Source of the DNA: Alphaproteobacteria bacterium
Lineage (GTDB): Bacteria > Pseudomonadota > Alphaproteobacteria > UBA7887
Assembly (NCBI GenBank): GCA_965216755.1
Contig: CBDCGL010000011.1
Location: forward strand, 960,001-1,024,000
Reading direction: 5' to 3'
Length of the DNA: 64,000 nt
The notes below the pieces were generated by a model. That model ran no database searches and was not told where the DNA came from. It saw only the letters and a program-made list of their open reading frames with translations. This document shows, piece after piece, positions 1 to 11,349 of the stretch; positions within the stretch are counted from its first letter, which is position 1; each line of letters begins with the position of its first letter. Both the position numbers and the translations under genes were made by a program.

Positions 1-706
1 GGATCACCTCCTTTCGCTGATTGGACACTCCATTGAATATGCACGGAATTTCTCGGCTTTTCCAGTCTTCGATATGGGGTGTTTCAATGGATTTCCTTGG
101 CAAAAAGCCGGTCGATCCCTGAACGATTGACAATCCCCGTCTCGTGATCCGGACCGTGTCGCGATACTCGGCGTGATATCGGGGCGCACCATCGTCGAAC
201 CGATGCCCCCAATCGACTGTAAACCCGATACAATCTCGGTCGTATTCCGTCGCCTTCTCTACTGAGACGATGTGAAAGATCGGCATCGCCGCAGCGATCT
301 GAACTGTGCTTGCCTCATACGATCCGACTATTGGCAAGGTCGTCATGTTGTGGACAATCAACCGCGATACGCGCCGCTCAACCAACATATTTCAGAACTG
401 ACGCCGGCATAGTGCAACTCCGGCCCGTACGTGGTCAAAACTCACAAAACCAACCTGGGTTGCTAAGCGAGCAGCGGATTAATTCTCATGTAACGACAAT
501 AATTGTGATGCGACCTTTGTGATGACTAGGCATGCGCCGGCGGCGGCAAAGCCGGTGTCTCGTACCTGCTAAAACGTCATCGCCACTCGGGCAAAGGGTG
601 CGCCATTCTTTGCAGGCGCCGACCATTTGTACAAACGTGGACTTCACATGATGCGGCGCCCCGGCGTAATCGCCGCGTTGGCCAATCACGGTACTTGCCG
701 TTGAAA

Positions 707-782
707 TGGTGGGCGATGACGGGATCGAACCGCCGACCCTCTCGGTGTAAACGAGATGCTCTCCCAGCTGAGCTAATCGCCC
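707..782 (-). tRNA. tRNA-Val(UAC)
   Basis: Reverse complement GGGCGATTAGCTCAGCTGGGAGAGC...TTTACAC...GGTTCGATCCCGTCATCGCCCACCA; 76 nt cloverleaf, TAC anticodon, encoded CCA. Confidence 0.97.
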
Positions 783-907
783 GTCAGCTTGGGACAGTAA
801 ATCACAAAGCTCGCAAGAGAAGGCAAGAAAAATGGAAAGTTTGTATCGGCCACCCTTACAGTTGGATGGCCGATACACAACAAGATCAGTTGCTCGATTG
901 CCCGTTC

Positions 908-1183
908 TTATATGTTGACAGCATCTTTGAGGCCTTTACCGGCCTTGAATTTCGGATGCTTGGATGCCGCAATTTGGATCTTTTCGCCCGTTCGGGGATT
1001 TCGTCCTTCTGTGGCCGCGCGCTTGGCGACGCTGAAGGTCCCAAATCCGACCAACCGGACTTCATCGCCGTCTTTAAGCGCGTCTGAAATCGCATCGAAC
1101 ACTGCGTCAACAGCCCGCGAGGCATCCGCCTTCGACAGTTCTGATGAATCAGCGACGATCGCGACGAGATCGTTTTTGTTCAC
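908..1183 (-). CDS. hupB: DNA-binding protein HU
   Basis: MNKNDLV...GFGTF...[24 protein letters not shown]; downstream of lon. Confidence 0.96.
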   Translation of the reverse strand: MNKNDLVAIVADSSELSKADASRAVDAVFDAISDALKDGDEVRLVGFGTFSVAKRAATEGRNPRTGEKIQIAASKHPKFKAGKGLKDAVNI

Positions 1184-1404
1184 AGCCCCGACCCCCCTTA
1201 TTCGGAATTAACTGCGTGAAACCTGATGCCTGCCGCCGGGCACCAAACGCGCGACTCTATCCAAGCGGACCAGCGCCCGTCAATGCAAACCTAGCTAACA
1301 AACTTAGATCATAGGTTTATGCGGCAACCGAACCGCACTGACATCTTATGCAATGCATAAATTGGGCCCCCTATCGGTCGAAAATCGACGTGACGTAGCG
1401 CCCA

Positions 1405-3804
1405 TTAATGCGTCACCAGCGTGTCGGCATCGGTGCTCTTGTTATCCTGAGTGACTTGGTCGACTTCAACCCACTCGATCGGCACAAGCGGCGTGCACAA
1501 AGCGCGCTTGAGCACCTCCTCGACCGTCGAAACCGGTATGATGTCCAAGCCTTTTTTGACGTTGTCCGGAATTTCGGCCAAGTCCTTTTCATTGTCCTTG
1601 GGGATTAGCACAGTCTTCAATCCGCCATGCAAAGCGGCAAGCAATTTTTCTTTCAACCCACCGATCGGAAGAACCCGGCCGCGCAATGTGACCTCGCCGG
1701 TCATCGCGACCGTGCTGCGAACCGAAATCCCGGTCAAAATTGAGACAATCGACGTCATGATCGCCGTGCCCGCTGAAGGCCCATCCTTGGGCGTCGCGCC
1801 TTCGGGCACATGCACGTGAATGTCTTTCTTCTCGAACATCGGCGGTTCGATGCCGAATTCCACAGAACGCGATCGCACGTAGGACACGGCTGCCTGTACC
1901 GATTCTTGCATGACCTCGCCGAGCTGGCCGGTGATCGTTACTTTGCCTTTGCCAGGCATCATGACCGCTTCGATCATAAGCAGTTGTCCGCCGACTTCGG
2001 TCCACGCCAGGCCGGTTGTGACACCCGGCATGTCGTTGTGATCGACTTCGCCATGGCGGAATTTTCTAACGCCGGCAAATTTCTCCAGCGACGTACGCGT
2101 CACGCGAATACGCTCTGCGTTCGTCATCATGATTTCCTTGGTCGCCTTACGCGCTAGATTGGCAATCTCGCGTTCCAAGTTACGAACACCAGCCTCGCGC
2201 GTGTAATAGCGGATTAGATCCTGCAACGCCGAATCAGACAATGACCATTCAGTATCCTTCAAACCATGCGCCCGCATCTGCTTGGGGATCAAGTGCCGTT
2301 TGGCGATCTGGATCTTCTCGTCTTCGGTGTATCCCGACAGACGCAACACTTCCATCCGATCCAACAGCGCCGGGGGCATGCGCAAAGTATTGGCGGTGGT
2401 CACAAACATGACCTCGCTGAGATCATAGTCGACCTCAAGGTAATGATCGTTGAACGACGAATTCTGTTCGGGATCCAACACTTCCAGCAATGCCGACGCC
2501 GGGTCGCCGCGAAAATCGGCGCCCATCTTGTCAACTTCATCCAACAGGAACAACGGATTGGACGACTTTGCCTTTTTCATGCCCTGCAACACTTTGCCTG
2601 GCATCGAACCAATATATGTCCGCCGATGACCTCGGATCTCAGCTTCGTCGCGGACACCGCCCAAACTCATCCGTACGAAATTACGACCTGTTGCCCGCGC
2701 GATCGATTTCCCTAGCGACGTCTTGCCGACACCGGGGGGGCCGACGAGGCACAAGATGGGACCACGCATCTTGTTTGCCCGCAGTTGGACGGCAAGATAT
2801 TCAAGGATCCGCTCCTTCACCTTTTCCAGACCGTGATGATCGGCATCCAGGATCTTCTGCGCCCCGGCCAGATCTTTCTTGATGCGCGTACGCTTCTTCC
2901 ACGGTATTGACAGCATCCAATCGAGATAGTTGCGCACCACCGTGGCTTCAGCCGACATCGGGCTCATATTGCGCAGCTTCTTAACTTCAGCCAGAGCCTT
3001 CTCGCGGGCTTCTTTGGACAAGCGCGTCTTCTTGATGCGATCTTCCAATTCGGCCACTTCGTCGCGGCCGTCTTCTGACTCGCCAAGTTCCCGTTGGATC
3101 GCCTTCAACTGCTCATTGAGATAATATTCGCGTTGGGTTTTCTCCATTTGGCGTTTGACGCGCGAGCGAATCTTCTTTTCGACCTGCATCACGCCGATCT
3201 CGCCCTCGATCAAACCGTAAACGCGCTCCAGCCGTTCTGCGATGGACTCGGTTTCCAGCAGCTCTTGCTTGTCCGCAATCTTGATTGCCAAATGCGAAGC
3301 CACCGTATCAACAAGGCGACTGGCGTCTTCAATCTGATTGAGCGACACCAACACTTCGGGTGGCACTTTTTTATTTAGCTTCACATAGTTTTCGAATTGC
3401 GAAACGACCGACCGTGCCAGCGCCTCGACTTCCTGGCCATCGCCATCCCGTTCGTCGACGGAATCAACGACGGCTTCGAAAAATGCGTCATTCTCGGCGT
3501 AGTGGGCGATCCGCGCACGGCCACCGCCTTCAACCAAAACCTTGACGGTTCCATCGGGAAGCTTAAGCAGCTGCAACACGGTACCGATGGTGCCAACCAT
3601 ATAGATGTCATCGATACCCGGGTCATCTTGGCCAGCATTTTTTTGGGCGACCAGCAATATTTGCTTATCGCTCTTCATGACCTCTTCCAAGGCGCGCACA
3701 GATTTATCGCGGCCAACAAACAAAGGTACGATCATGTGTGGGAACACGACGATGTCGCGCAGTGGCAAGACGGGATAAGTGGTCGCTTGTGTCGATTCCA
3801 TCAT
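1405..3804 (-). CDS. lon: ATP-dependent Lon protease
   Basis: [13 protein letters not shown]-domain, Walker A GPPGVGKT, catalytic PKDGPSAG, 799 aa. Confidence 0.99.
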   Translation of the reverse strand: MMESTQATTYPVLPLRDIVVFPHMIVPLFVGRDKSVRALEEVMKSDKQILLVAQKNAGQDDPGIDDIYMVGTIGTVLQLLKLPDGTVKVLVEGGGRARIAHYAENDAFFEAVVDSVDERDGDGQEVEALARSVVSQFENYVKLNKKVPPEVLVSLNQIEDASRLVDTVASHLAIKIADKQELLETESIAERLERVYGLIEGEIGVMQVEKKIRSRVKRQMEKTQREYYLNEQLKAIQRELGESEDGRDEVAELEDRIKKTRLSKEAREKALAEVKKLRNMSPMSAEATVVRNYLDWMLSIPWKKRTRIKKDLAGAQKILDADHHGLEKVKERILEYLAVQLRANKMRGPILCLVGPPGVGKTSLGKSIARATGRNFVRMSLGGVRDEAEIRGHRRTYIGSMPGKVLQGMKKAKSSNPLFLLDEVDKMGADFRGDPASALLEVLDPEQNSSFNDHYLEVDYDLSEVMFVTTANTLRMPPALLDRMEVLRLSGYTEDEKIQIAKRHLIPKQMRAHGLKDTEWSLSDSALQDLIRYYTREAGVRNLEREIANLARKATKEIMMTNAERIRVTRTSLEKFAGVRKFRHGEVDHNDMPGVTTGLAWTEVGGQLLMIEAVMMPGKGKVTITGQLGEVMQESVQAAVSYVRSRSVEFGIEPPMFEKKDIHVHVPEGATPKDGPSAGTAIMTSIVSILTGISVRSTVAMTGEVTLRGRVLPIGGLKEKLLAALHGGLKTVLIPKDNEKDLAEIPDNVKKGLDIIPVSTVEEVLKRALCTPLVPIEWVEVDQVTQDNKSTDADTLVTH

Positions 3805-3929
3805 AGCACGTCACCCATTAATCGCAGCCGCTCGGAGCCTCTGCTAGACACACCAAGCCGGATACGATGGTTTTTCACTGTTTCCCCCACACCAACTGGT
3901 CTGTCACGCGGCGTGGCGGCGCGAGGTTT

Positions 3930-3958
3930 ATCTAACCGCGCCGGTACCCGCTTTCAAG
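3930..3958 (-). promoter_or_regulatory. Putative RpoH (heat-shock) promoter upstream of lon
   Basis: Minus strand CTTGAA-N17-TTAGAT resembles the alphaproteobacterial RpoH consensus CTTGAA...CCTATAT; lies in the clpX-lon intergenic region. Confidence 0.45.
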
Positions 3959-3985
3959 GGGCGGCGCCGAGCATGGCGCCCTTGG

Positions 3986-5254
3986 CTAAGAAGCGTTTTG
4001 ACCGACGTCTTCACGCCGATCGGCGTAAATGTGGAGAGGTTGCGCGCGGCCTTCGATGACCTCGCGATTAATTACGACCTCCTCGACGCTTTCCAAGGTC
4101 GGCAAGTCAAACATGGTGTCGAGCAATATGCCCTCCATGATCGATCGCAGTCCACGCGCACCTGTTTTGCGTTGGATCGCCTTCTGCGCGATAGCCACCA
4201 ATGCGTCGTCAGAGAACGTCAGTTGGGTTTCTTCCATGTCGAACAAACGCTGATACTGCTTGACCAAAGCGTTCTTTGGCGTGGTCAGAATCTCCACCAG
4301 CGCATTCTCATCAAGATCAACCAGCGTCGCAATTACTGGAAGACGTCCGACGAACTCGGGAATCAATCCGAACTTCAGTAAATCTTCCGGTTCCACCTGG
4401 CGCAGCAGTTCGCCCGTCCTGCGATCGTCAGGCGATTTGACATCAGCGCCAAAACCGATCGAGGTACCGCGGCCACGTTCCGAGATGATCTTTTCCAAAC
4501 CGGCAAACGCGCCGCCGCAAATAAACAAGATATTGGTCGTATCGACCTGAAGGAACTCCTGCTGCGGGTGTTTGCGCCCACCCTGCGGCGGAACGCTGGC
4601 GATCGTGCCTTCCATGATTTTCAGCAGGGCTTGCTGAACACCCTCGCCGGAAACATCGCGCGTAATCGACGGATTATCAGACTTGCGCGAGATCTTATCG
4701 ATCTCGTCGATATAGACAATGCCGCGCTGCGCGCGCTCAACATTGTAGTCCGCCGCCTGAAGCAGCTTTAGAATGATATTTTCGACGTCCTCGCCCACAT
4801 AGCCGGCCTCGGTCAAAGTCGTCGCATCGGCCATCGTAAACGGTACGTCTAAAATCCGCGCCAGAGTCTGCGCGAGCAGCGTCTTGCCGCAACCCGTCGG
4901 CCCAATCAACAGAATGTTCGATTTGGCAAGTTCAACATCGTTGCTCTTGGCGCCGTGGGTAAGCCGCTTGTAGTGATTGTGCACCGCAACCGAAAGGACG
5001 CGTTTGGCGTGGTCCTGGCCAATCACATAATCGTTCAAGATTGTGCAGATATCGCTGGGCGTTGGCACGCCGTCGCGATTCTTCGAAAGGTTGTTCTTAT
5101 GTTCCTCGCGAATGATGTCCATGCACAACTCGACGCATTCATCGCAGATGAACACGGTCGGGCCCGCGATTAGCTTACGCACCTCGTGCTGGCTCTTGCC
5201 ACAGAACGAGCAATAGAGCGTATTCTTCGAATCGCCGCCGCCGGATTTATTCAT
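3986..5254 (-). CDS. clpX: ATP-dependent Clp protease ATP-binding subunit ClpX
   Basis: CSFCGK...ICDECVELC zinc finger, [11 protein letters not shown] loop. Confidence 0.99.
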   Translation of the reverse strand: MNKSGGGDSKNTLYCSFCGKSQHEVRKLIAGPTVFICDECVELCMDIIREEHKNNLSKNRDGVPTPSDICTILNDYVIGQDHAKRVLSVAVHNHYKRLTHGAKSNDVELAKSNILLIGPTGCGKTLLAQTLARILDVPFTMADATTLTEAGYVGEDVENIILKLLQAADYNVERAQRGIVYIDEIDKISRKSDNPSITRDVSGEGVQQALLKIMEGTIASVPPQGGRKHPQQEFLQVDTTNILFICGGAFAGLEKIISERGRGTSIGFGADVKSPDDRRTGELLRQVEPEDLLKFGLIPEFVGRLPVIATLVDLDENALVEILTTPKNALVKQYQRLFDMEETQLTFSDDALVAIAQKAIQRKTGARGLRSIMEGILLDTMFDLPTLESVEEVVINREVIEGRAQPLHIYADRREDVGQNAS

Positions 5255-5393
5255 GCGGATTTATCTCCTGCAAAGCGGGCACCATCCCGACGCTAGCGGA
5301 CATCGGAACGCGGTCACAATAGCACAATATTTTGCCTCGCGCGCCGTTCGGCGAGTGCCTTGGACCAAAAGTACGCATATTTCTTGGTTAACG

Positions 5394-6035
5394 TCACGAC
5401 GTCCCGGGCGTCTCCGCTGTCGGAACCTCGCGGTGAGTCACAACCTGATCGATCAAACCAAAAGCCAGCGCATCCTCGGGAGTCATGAATCGGTCGCGTT
5501 CCATGGCCTCTTCGATCACTTCCATCGATTGCTTGGTGTGGCTGCCATAAATTTGATTGAGACGCTCACGCAACGACAAGATTTCCTTGGCATGAATCTC
5601 GATATCAGTGGCCTGGCCTTGGAACCCGCCAGAGGGCTGGTGCACCATGATCCGCGAATTTGGCAGAGCAAATCGATTGCCCTCTGCACCCGCGGCCAGG
5701 AGCAAAGACCCCATCGACGCTGCTTGGCCAATGCACAAGGTCGCGACGTCCGGCCTTATGTATTGCATGGTGTCGTAGATCGCCAATCCGGCGGAAACGA
5801 TGCCGCCCGGCGAATTTATGTAGAACGAGATATCCTTGGTCGGATTTTCGGATTCCAGGAACAAGAGCTGGGCTGTGATCACCGAAGAAACAGCATCGTT
5901 CACCGGCCCGGTCAGGAAAACGATCCGCTCCTTCAGAAGTCTTGAGTAGATGTCATAGGCTCTCTCACCCCGATTGGTCTGCTCAACGACCATGGGGACC
6001 AGCGCGTTCATGTAGACATCCATAGGATCCGTCAT
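5394..6035 (-). CDS. clpP: ATP-dependent Clp protease proteolytic subunit
   Basis: [40 protein letters not shown]. Confidence 0.99.
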   Translation of the reverse strand: MTDPMDVYMNALVPMVVEQTNRGERAYDIYSRLLKERIVFLTGPVNDAVSSVITAQLLFLESENPTKDISFYINSPGGIVSAGLAIYDTMQYIRPDVATLCIGQAASMGSLLLAAGAEGNRFALPNSRIMVHQPSGGFQGQATDIEIHAKEILSLRERLNQIYGSHTKQSMEVIEEAMERDRFMTPEDALAFGLIDQVVTHREVPTAETPGTS

Positions 6036-6077
6036 GGATTTCTCATTCCCATTTCTTCGTGTGCATTGGACAAAACA

Positions 6078-7475
6078 CTATTTGTCAGAAGTTTCTTTCT
6101 TCTTTGCCGCACGTTTTTTGGTCTTTGGTTTCGCTTCTTCTTCAGTGTTTTTGCTTTCGTCCGGATCACGCATCAGCTCCTCCGCGCTCACCGTCTTGTC
6201 GGTCACCGTCGCCATTTCTGCGATGAAGTCGATCACCTTGTCTTCATATAGAGGGGCTTGCAGCTCGTTCATAGCCTCTGGGCTGTTGCGAAAATAATCG
6301 AACACCTTTTGTTCTTGTCCGGGGAAGCGCCGTGCCTGCTCCATCATGGCGCGATTGACCTCATCCTGCGGCACCGTGATGTTGTTCCGCTGGCCGATTT
6401 CCGACAGGATGAGCCCCAAGCGAACCCGCCGCTCAGCGATGCCGCGATACTCGGTTCGCGTCTCCTCTTCGGTCTCGTCGACGTCATCCCAGGTCTTGTT
6501 GGCCTGTTTCATGTCGTCTTCGATCTGCTTCCAAATCTGGTCGAACTCCCGATCCGCCATGCTTTCGGGGACTGCAAAATCGTGACTATCGGCTAGCTCG
6601 TCCAAAATCCCTCTCTTTAGCCGCATGCGCGCGGCTGCTGCGTAGTCGCGTTCGATTTGGCCGCGAACCGCGCTCTTCAGCGCTTGCAAATCGGAAAGGC
6701 CAAGACGCGCCGCCAGCTGGTCATCTACCGCGACCGGCTCGCGCTCTTTGACCGCCTTGACGTCAACATCAAATGTCGCCTCTTTGCCGCGTAACGTCTC
6801 GGACGGGTACGCCTCAGGAAACGTCACTGTGACGGTCACGTGCTCTCCGGCCTTTGCGCCGGTAAGCTGATCCTCGAAGCCCGGAATGAAGGTGCCACTG
6901 CCCAATTCGAGCTGATGATCCTCACTGGCACCGCCCTCGAAAGGCTCGCCGTCGACCTTGCCGACAAAATCAATTACCAGCAGATCGCCGGACTTGGATT
7001 TCCGTTTCGTCTTTGTATCGACGTAGTTTTTTTGCTGCTCAGCCAGCCGCTCCAAGGCCGTGTCGACATCGTCATCGCCCACCTCGGCCCGCACCCGCGT
7101 CAAGCTCATCTTGGCAATGTCGGCTGGCTCGAACTCGGGCAAGGTTTCCAGCGACATGGTAAAGGTCAGATCACTGCCTTCGTTAAAGGATTCGACATCG
7201 ATCTTCGGCGGCATGGCCGGCCGCAAGCCGCGATCTGTCATGGCTTGCTGCGACGAATCGTTGACTTTTTCTTGGAGCACTTCGTTCATGACGCTGCTGC
7301 CGAAGCGCTTGCGCACCAATGAAACCGGTACTTTGCCGGGCCGAAAACCCTTTATCGTGATGGTCTGGCTGAGCGTCTTCAGCTTTTCGTTCATCAAGGC
7401 ATCGATATCGGTTGCGGGCACGACCACCTTGAACTCGCGTTTTAGCCCGTCTGCGTTTGTTTCCGTGACCTGCAT
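6078..7475 (-). CDS. tig: Trigger factor
   Basis: MQVTET start, GFRPGKVP ribosome-binding motif, FKBP domain FIPGFEDQL; upstream of clpP. Confidence 0.98.
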   Translation of the reverse strand: MQVTETNADGLKREFKVVVPATDIDALMNEKLKTLSQTITIKGFRPGKVPVSLVRKRFGSSVMNEVLQEKVNDSSQQAMTDRGLRPAMPPKIDVESFNEGSDLTFTMSLETLPEFEPADIAKMSLTRVRAEVGDDDVDTALERLAEQQKNYVDTKTKRKSKSGDLLVIDFVGKVDGEPFEGGASEDHQLELGSGTFIPGFEDQLTGAKAGEHVTVTVTFPEAYPSETLRGKEATFDVDVKAVKEREPVAVDDQLAARLGLSDLQALKSAVRGQIERDYAAAARMRLKRGILDELADSHDFAVPESMADREFDQIWKQIEDDMKQANKTWDDVDETEEETRTEYRGIAERRVRLGLILSEIGQRNNITVPQDEVNRAMMEQARRFPGQEQKVFDYFRNSPEAMNELQAPLYEDKVIDFIAEMATVTDKTVSAEELMRDPDESKNTEEEAKPKTKKRAAKKKETSDK

Positions 7476-7575
7476 GGGATATCTCAAATGTTCGCTGCTG
7501 TTATATCAGGGTCGTTATTCCAGAGCTCGGTCACCGCCGCGATTGCCGGTGCGCACGAAGCTTCGAAAGAGCGAG

Positions 7576-7662
7576 TGGTGCGGGCGAAGGGACTTGAACC
7601 CCCACGACGTTTCCGTCACCAGATCCTAAATCTGGCGTGTCTACCAATTCCACCACACCCGC
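7576..7662 (-). tRNA. tRNA-Leu(UAG)
   Basis: Reverse complement GCGGGTGTGGTGGAATTGGTAGAC...TTTAGGA...long variable arm...GGTTCAAGTCCCTTCGCCCGCACCA, 87 nt. Confidence 0.97.
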
Positions 7663-7953
7663 GGCTGACATGTTGGACCGCGGCGGCCAGAAAAGCGCGC
7701 GGCGCACTCGCCGGACAGAAATAGCGCTTTGGCGCCTTAATACAAGAAAAACTTTGCGTCGCTCTATTGCGAGATAAGTCGAATTTACATCATTATATCA
7801 ATGACTTCTGAGAACATCTAGGCATCCAGGATGACGTCACCACGCCGTGACTATTTGTGACTCGGCTGTCCCTCCTCGCGCCAGCTTTAATGAACAACCT
7901 ATCGCCTGCGCGCCGCGAGCTGACGGGGCGATGCCACGAGGAACCGCAGGCCA

Positions 7954-8643
7954 ATGATTCGATCACGTCCGCACTCCGCTATCGCCGGCGCCGCGACTAT
8001 TGTTGTCTTGGCGATCGGCATTGGCCCCGATCTGACTTCGAAGGGTCGGGCCGACGATGAAGCACGGCATTTGACGGCTGCAGAATTCAAGGAAGCCCGG
8101 CAGACAACCAACTGCGTGGCCGTGGTGAGCGCCGATCCCACGGGGCCGATGCTGGACGCCGAGGCCGCGCGAGAGGCCTATGCGTGCATTTTGCCGGCCA
8201 TGACCGAGGCATTTACCGCCTCCGGCTTGGCGGCGGGCGTGAACTATCCGGATTGGGCACGCTTCACGAAACACCCCTATTTATCGGCGACTCACGCAGG
8301 CCGGTTTGTCAGCGTCTACGGTAATGAGACCGCACGACCTTATGGCCGCTTTGAGGCTATGGGCTCCATGCCAACCGGCGGCATCGTCGTCAAGGATAGC
8401 TTCACAGTCGCGGCGAGTGGGCGGGTGTCATTCGGTCCCCTGTTCGTCATGGAGAAGTTGGTTCCTGGCGCCAATCCCACCACCAATGATTGGCGCTACA
8501 CGATGGTCATGCCCGCCGGTTGGGTCTTTGGCCAAACAGCCGGAGTCGGCGGCGAGAATGTGCGCTTCTGTGCGGAGTGCCACGCGGCGGCCGCCCCTGG
8601 CCAGGACAATCTTTACTTCCCGCCAAAAGCCCACCGCCGCTAG
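7954..8643 (+). CDS. Cytochrome P460 / c'-beta family periplasmic protein
   Basis: Signal peptide; C-terminal single CxxCH (CAECH); IVVKDSF, LFVMEK and dWrY motifs typical of the P460 fold. Confidence 0.75.
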   Translation: MIRSRPHSAIAGAATIVVLAIGIGPDLTSKGRADDEARHLTAAEFKEARQTTNCVAVVSADPTGPMLDAEAAREAYACILPAMTEAFTASGLAAGVNYPDWARFTKHPYLSATHAGRFVSVYGNETARPYGRFEAMGSMPTGGIVVKDSFTVAASGRVSFGPLFVMEKLVPGANPTTNDWRYTMVMPAGWVFGQTAGVGGENVRFCAECHAAAAPGQDNLYFPPKAHRR

Positions 8644-8749
8644 ATCAATCTCCGTTCAAACGAAGTCGTGCGAACGCAGTTAAATCGATGAAATCAAGTC
8701 GGCAGAGCACAATTTGCGAACGCACGCGCGCCTGAAATGCCCGCGTGCA

Positions 8750-11221
8750 TTAAGCGCCAATTCGCCTGCCATCGGCGCGCGCCGCGTCGGCCAAGCACGC
8801 CCGCGCGGCGGCGTCCAAAATGGCGTCCGCATCGATACCGTAATGGCGATACACCGACGGGACATCGCCGGACTGACCGAACGCGCGTACGCCACAAGGC
8901 ACGACGTGGTGGCCACGCACGGCGCCGAGCCAGGATAGCGTTGCGGGATGTCCATCGATCACTGTGACAAGCGTCGCGTCCGGCGCTAGCCGGTCCAACA
9001 AGCGCGCCACGTGGCATGTCGCGGCAGGCTCTGGATCCGTGGCCGTGGCGGACCAACCCGCGGCTTGTGATGTCATCCAATCGGACTGCAATCGATCCGC
9101 GGACGGTACCGCGAGAAGGCCAGCACCCGGAATGTCCTCCTGTATTGCGGCGAATGCTGCCATCGCTTCGGTTGCAACGGCGCCACTATACACAATGGCC
9201 AAGCGCGATCCGGCCGTTGGCGCCACTTCCCAATAACCGCCTCGCACAATGTCGCTGGACAGCTGCGGAGACATTTCCCGCTGTGGCTGATCCACCGGCC
9301 GCGTCGATAGGCGCAAATATACCGCGCCACCGTCTTCTGCCTGCATATGGTGGAATCCCCATTCCATGATGACCGCCAGCTCGTCGATATAGCCGGGCTC
9401 GAAATAGGTCAGGCCAGGCTGTCCCATGCCGATCAGCGGCGTGGTCACGGATTGATGCGCGCCCCCTTCGGGCGCCAAAGTCACGCCTGATGGTGTGGCG
9501 ACGAGCATGAACCGGGCGTCCTGGTAACAGGCATAGTTTAGTGCGTCGAGGCCGCGACCGATGAACGGATCGTAAAGTGTGCCAATAGGAATCAGCCGCG
9601 TGCCGAACAAGCGATCGGACAGCCCAAATGCCGCAAGTGATAGGAACAAGTTGTTTTCGGCGATGCCCAGTTCCACATGCTGGCCACGCGGCCCCATTGC
9701 CCATTTCTGAGCCGAAACGACTTTCTCTTCACGGAAAGTATCGGCCTGCCGGCGCCGATCAAATATCTGACGTCGGTTGACCCAACCGCCCAGGTTGGTT
9801 GATACGGTCACGTCCGGCGATGCGGTCACAATACGTTCGGCAAGTTTGTTTTGGTCCCGCGCCAAGTTGCTGAGGATACGACCGAAGGCTTCTTGTGTGG
9901 CCCCACGTTCCGCCCGAGCAACGGTCAGGTGCCGCGGCACCTCGATCTGGTCGTCCTGATATCGGCGCGGATATTGGGCGACAAACGGCACCCGCGACAG
10001 GAATCCCTCCAGATCCGCTTTCGGCGACGCAAGCCCCGCAAACCGATCCCATTCGGCACCTTCGGGTACCTCCATTTCAGCCTGCAATTGGGCCACTTGG
10101 TCCGGTGTCATCAATCCAGCGTGGTTGTCTTTATGACCTGCGAGCGGCAGGCCGAAGCCCTTAATTGTGTATGCGATGAATGCGGTTGGATCATCCGTCT
10201 GGGCCGCCGTGTGATAGGCCTCAAGGACTGTTTCTAAATCGTGACCGGCAAGGTTGGTCATCAACGCGTGCAACGTGTCGTCGTCGTGGCTATCGAGCAG
10301 CGTCTTCAATCCCGCGGTCCCGCCAAGATCGCGCGTCAGATTCTCGCGCCACGCAGCGCCGCCTTTGAACGTCAGCGCAGAGTAGAGCTGATTCGGGCAC
10401 GCATCGATCCACTCGAGCAGCGCCTCACCAGCGGGGCCGTTTTGGGCAGCCCGCAAGAGCTTGCCGTATTTCAATGTGATGACGCGCCATTTCATCGACG
10501 AAAACAAGCCGTCGAGGCGGTTAAACATGCGGTCGGTGGTGACGGCATCCAGGCTTTGCCTGTTGTAGTCAATGATCCACCAGACATTCCGGATGTCGTG
10601 TTTCCAGCTTTCCAGCAGTGCCTCGAAGACGTTGCCCTCGTCCAATTCGGCGTCGCCCAGCACCGCCACCATGCGCCCCAAATCTGGGTTCTGCTCGCCC
10701 ACCCCGGGGAAATCGTGAAGCTTGATGTAGTCTTGAGCCAGCGCGGCAAAGACCGCCATGGCGCCGCCGAACCCCACCGATCCCGTCGAGAAGTCGACGT
10801 CATCTTGATCCTTGGTCCGCGATGGATAGGCTTGAGCACCGCCAAATCCGCGGAATGCCTTCAAGTTTTCCAAACTCTGACGGCCGAGCAGATATTGAAT
10901 GGCGTGAAAAACCGGGCTGGCGTGAGGTTTGACCGCAACCCGATCGTGGGCACGCAAAGCGTGCAAATAGAGCGCCGTCATCAATGTTGTACACGATGCT
11001 GATGAGGCTTGGTGGCCGCCGACCTTGACCCCGTCAACCGACGATCGGACATGATTGGCGTGATGGATTGTCCATGAGGACAGCCACAAGATTTTCCGTT
11101 CGAGTTGCCGCAAGATCGCCAAATCCGCCGGTGCTATCGGACGTGCCGGTGCGACGGCCTCTGTCGCTGGCGGACGAATGGCGGTCGTGATCGCGCTGTT
11201 CATCGCAAGGGTTCTCGCCAC
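8750..11221 (-). CDS. AceE/MdeB-like homodimeric 2-oxoacid dehydrogenase E1 (transketolase-fold, ThDP-dependent)
   Basis: GGHQASSAS, FSTGSVG, ThDP motif GDAELDEG...DYNRQSLD, ELGIAE, EGGAHQS; start could be 11203. Confidence 0.85.
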   Translation of the reverse strand: MARTLAMNSAITTAIRPPATEAVAPARPIAPADLAILRQLERKILWLSSWTIHHANHVRSSVDGVKVGGHQASSASCTTLMTALYLHALRAHDRVAVKPHASPVFHAIQYLLGRQSLENLKAFRGFGGAQAYPSRTKDQDDVDFSTGSVGFGGAMAVFAALAQDYIKLHDFPGVGEQNPDLGRMVAVLGDAELDEGNVFEALLESWKHDIRNVWWIIDYNRQSLDAVTTDRMFNRLDGLFSSMKWRVITLKYGKLLRAAQNGPAGEALLEWIDACPNQLYSALTFKGGAAWRENLTRDLGGTAGLKTLLDSHDDDTLHALMTNLAGHDLETVLEAYHTAAQTDDPTAFIAYTIKGFGLPLAGHKDNHAGLMTPDQVAQLQAEMEVPEGAEWDRFAGLASPKADLEGFLSRVPFVAQYPRRYQDDQIEVPRHLTVARAERGATQEAFGRILSNLARDQNKLAERIVTASPDVTVSTNLGGWVNRRQIFDRRRQADTFREEKVVSAQKWAMGPRGQHVELGIAENNLFLSLAAFGLSDRLFGTRLIPIGTLYDPFIGRGLDALNYACYQDARFMLVATPSGVTLAPEGGAHQSVTTPLIGMGQPGLTYFEPGYIDELAVIMEWGFHHMQAEDGGAVYLRLSTRPVDQPQREMSPQLSSDIVRGGYWEVAPTAGSRLAIVYSGAVATEAMAAFAAIQEDIPGAGLLAVPSADRLQSDWMTSQAAGWSATATDPEPAATCHVARLLDRLAPDATLVTVIDGHPATLSWLGAVRGHHVVPCGVRAFGQSGDVPSVYRHYGIDADAILDAAARACLADAARADGRRIGA

Positions 11222-11349
11222 AAGATCAGGGAAGGAAGACGCAATATTACCAGCTGTCGGGCAGCATTTTCTTGTTTATTTGTCGAGATCTCGGCCCTCT
11301 TGCGCCATATTATTGCGCAAATCATCCGATTTGTGGTGGAGCCTGCTGA

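Noticed and set aside
1-700. rRNA operon ITS after the apparent 16S end
   Set aside because: No tRNA-Ile/Ala or 23S follows; only a 15-nt match, so no rRNA feature was called
4-878. Short ORFs 4..192, 310..522 and 486..878
   Set aside because: No motifs, atypical composition, and one overlaps tRNA-Val
3397-5945. Long plus-strand ORFs opposite lon/clpX/clpP (e.g. 3397..4059, 5253..5945)
   Set aside because: Antisense shadows of well-conserved GC-rich genes
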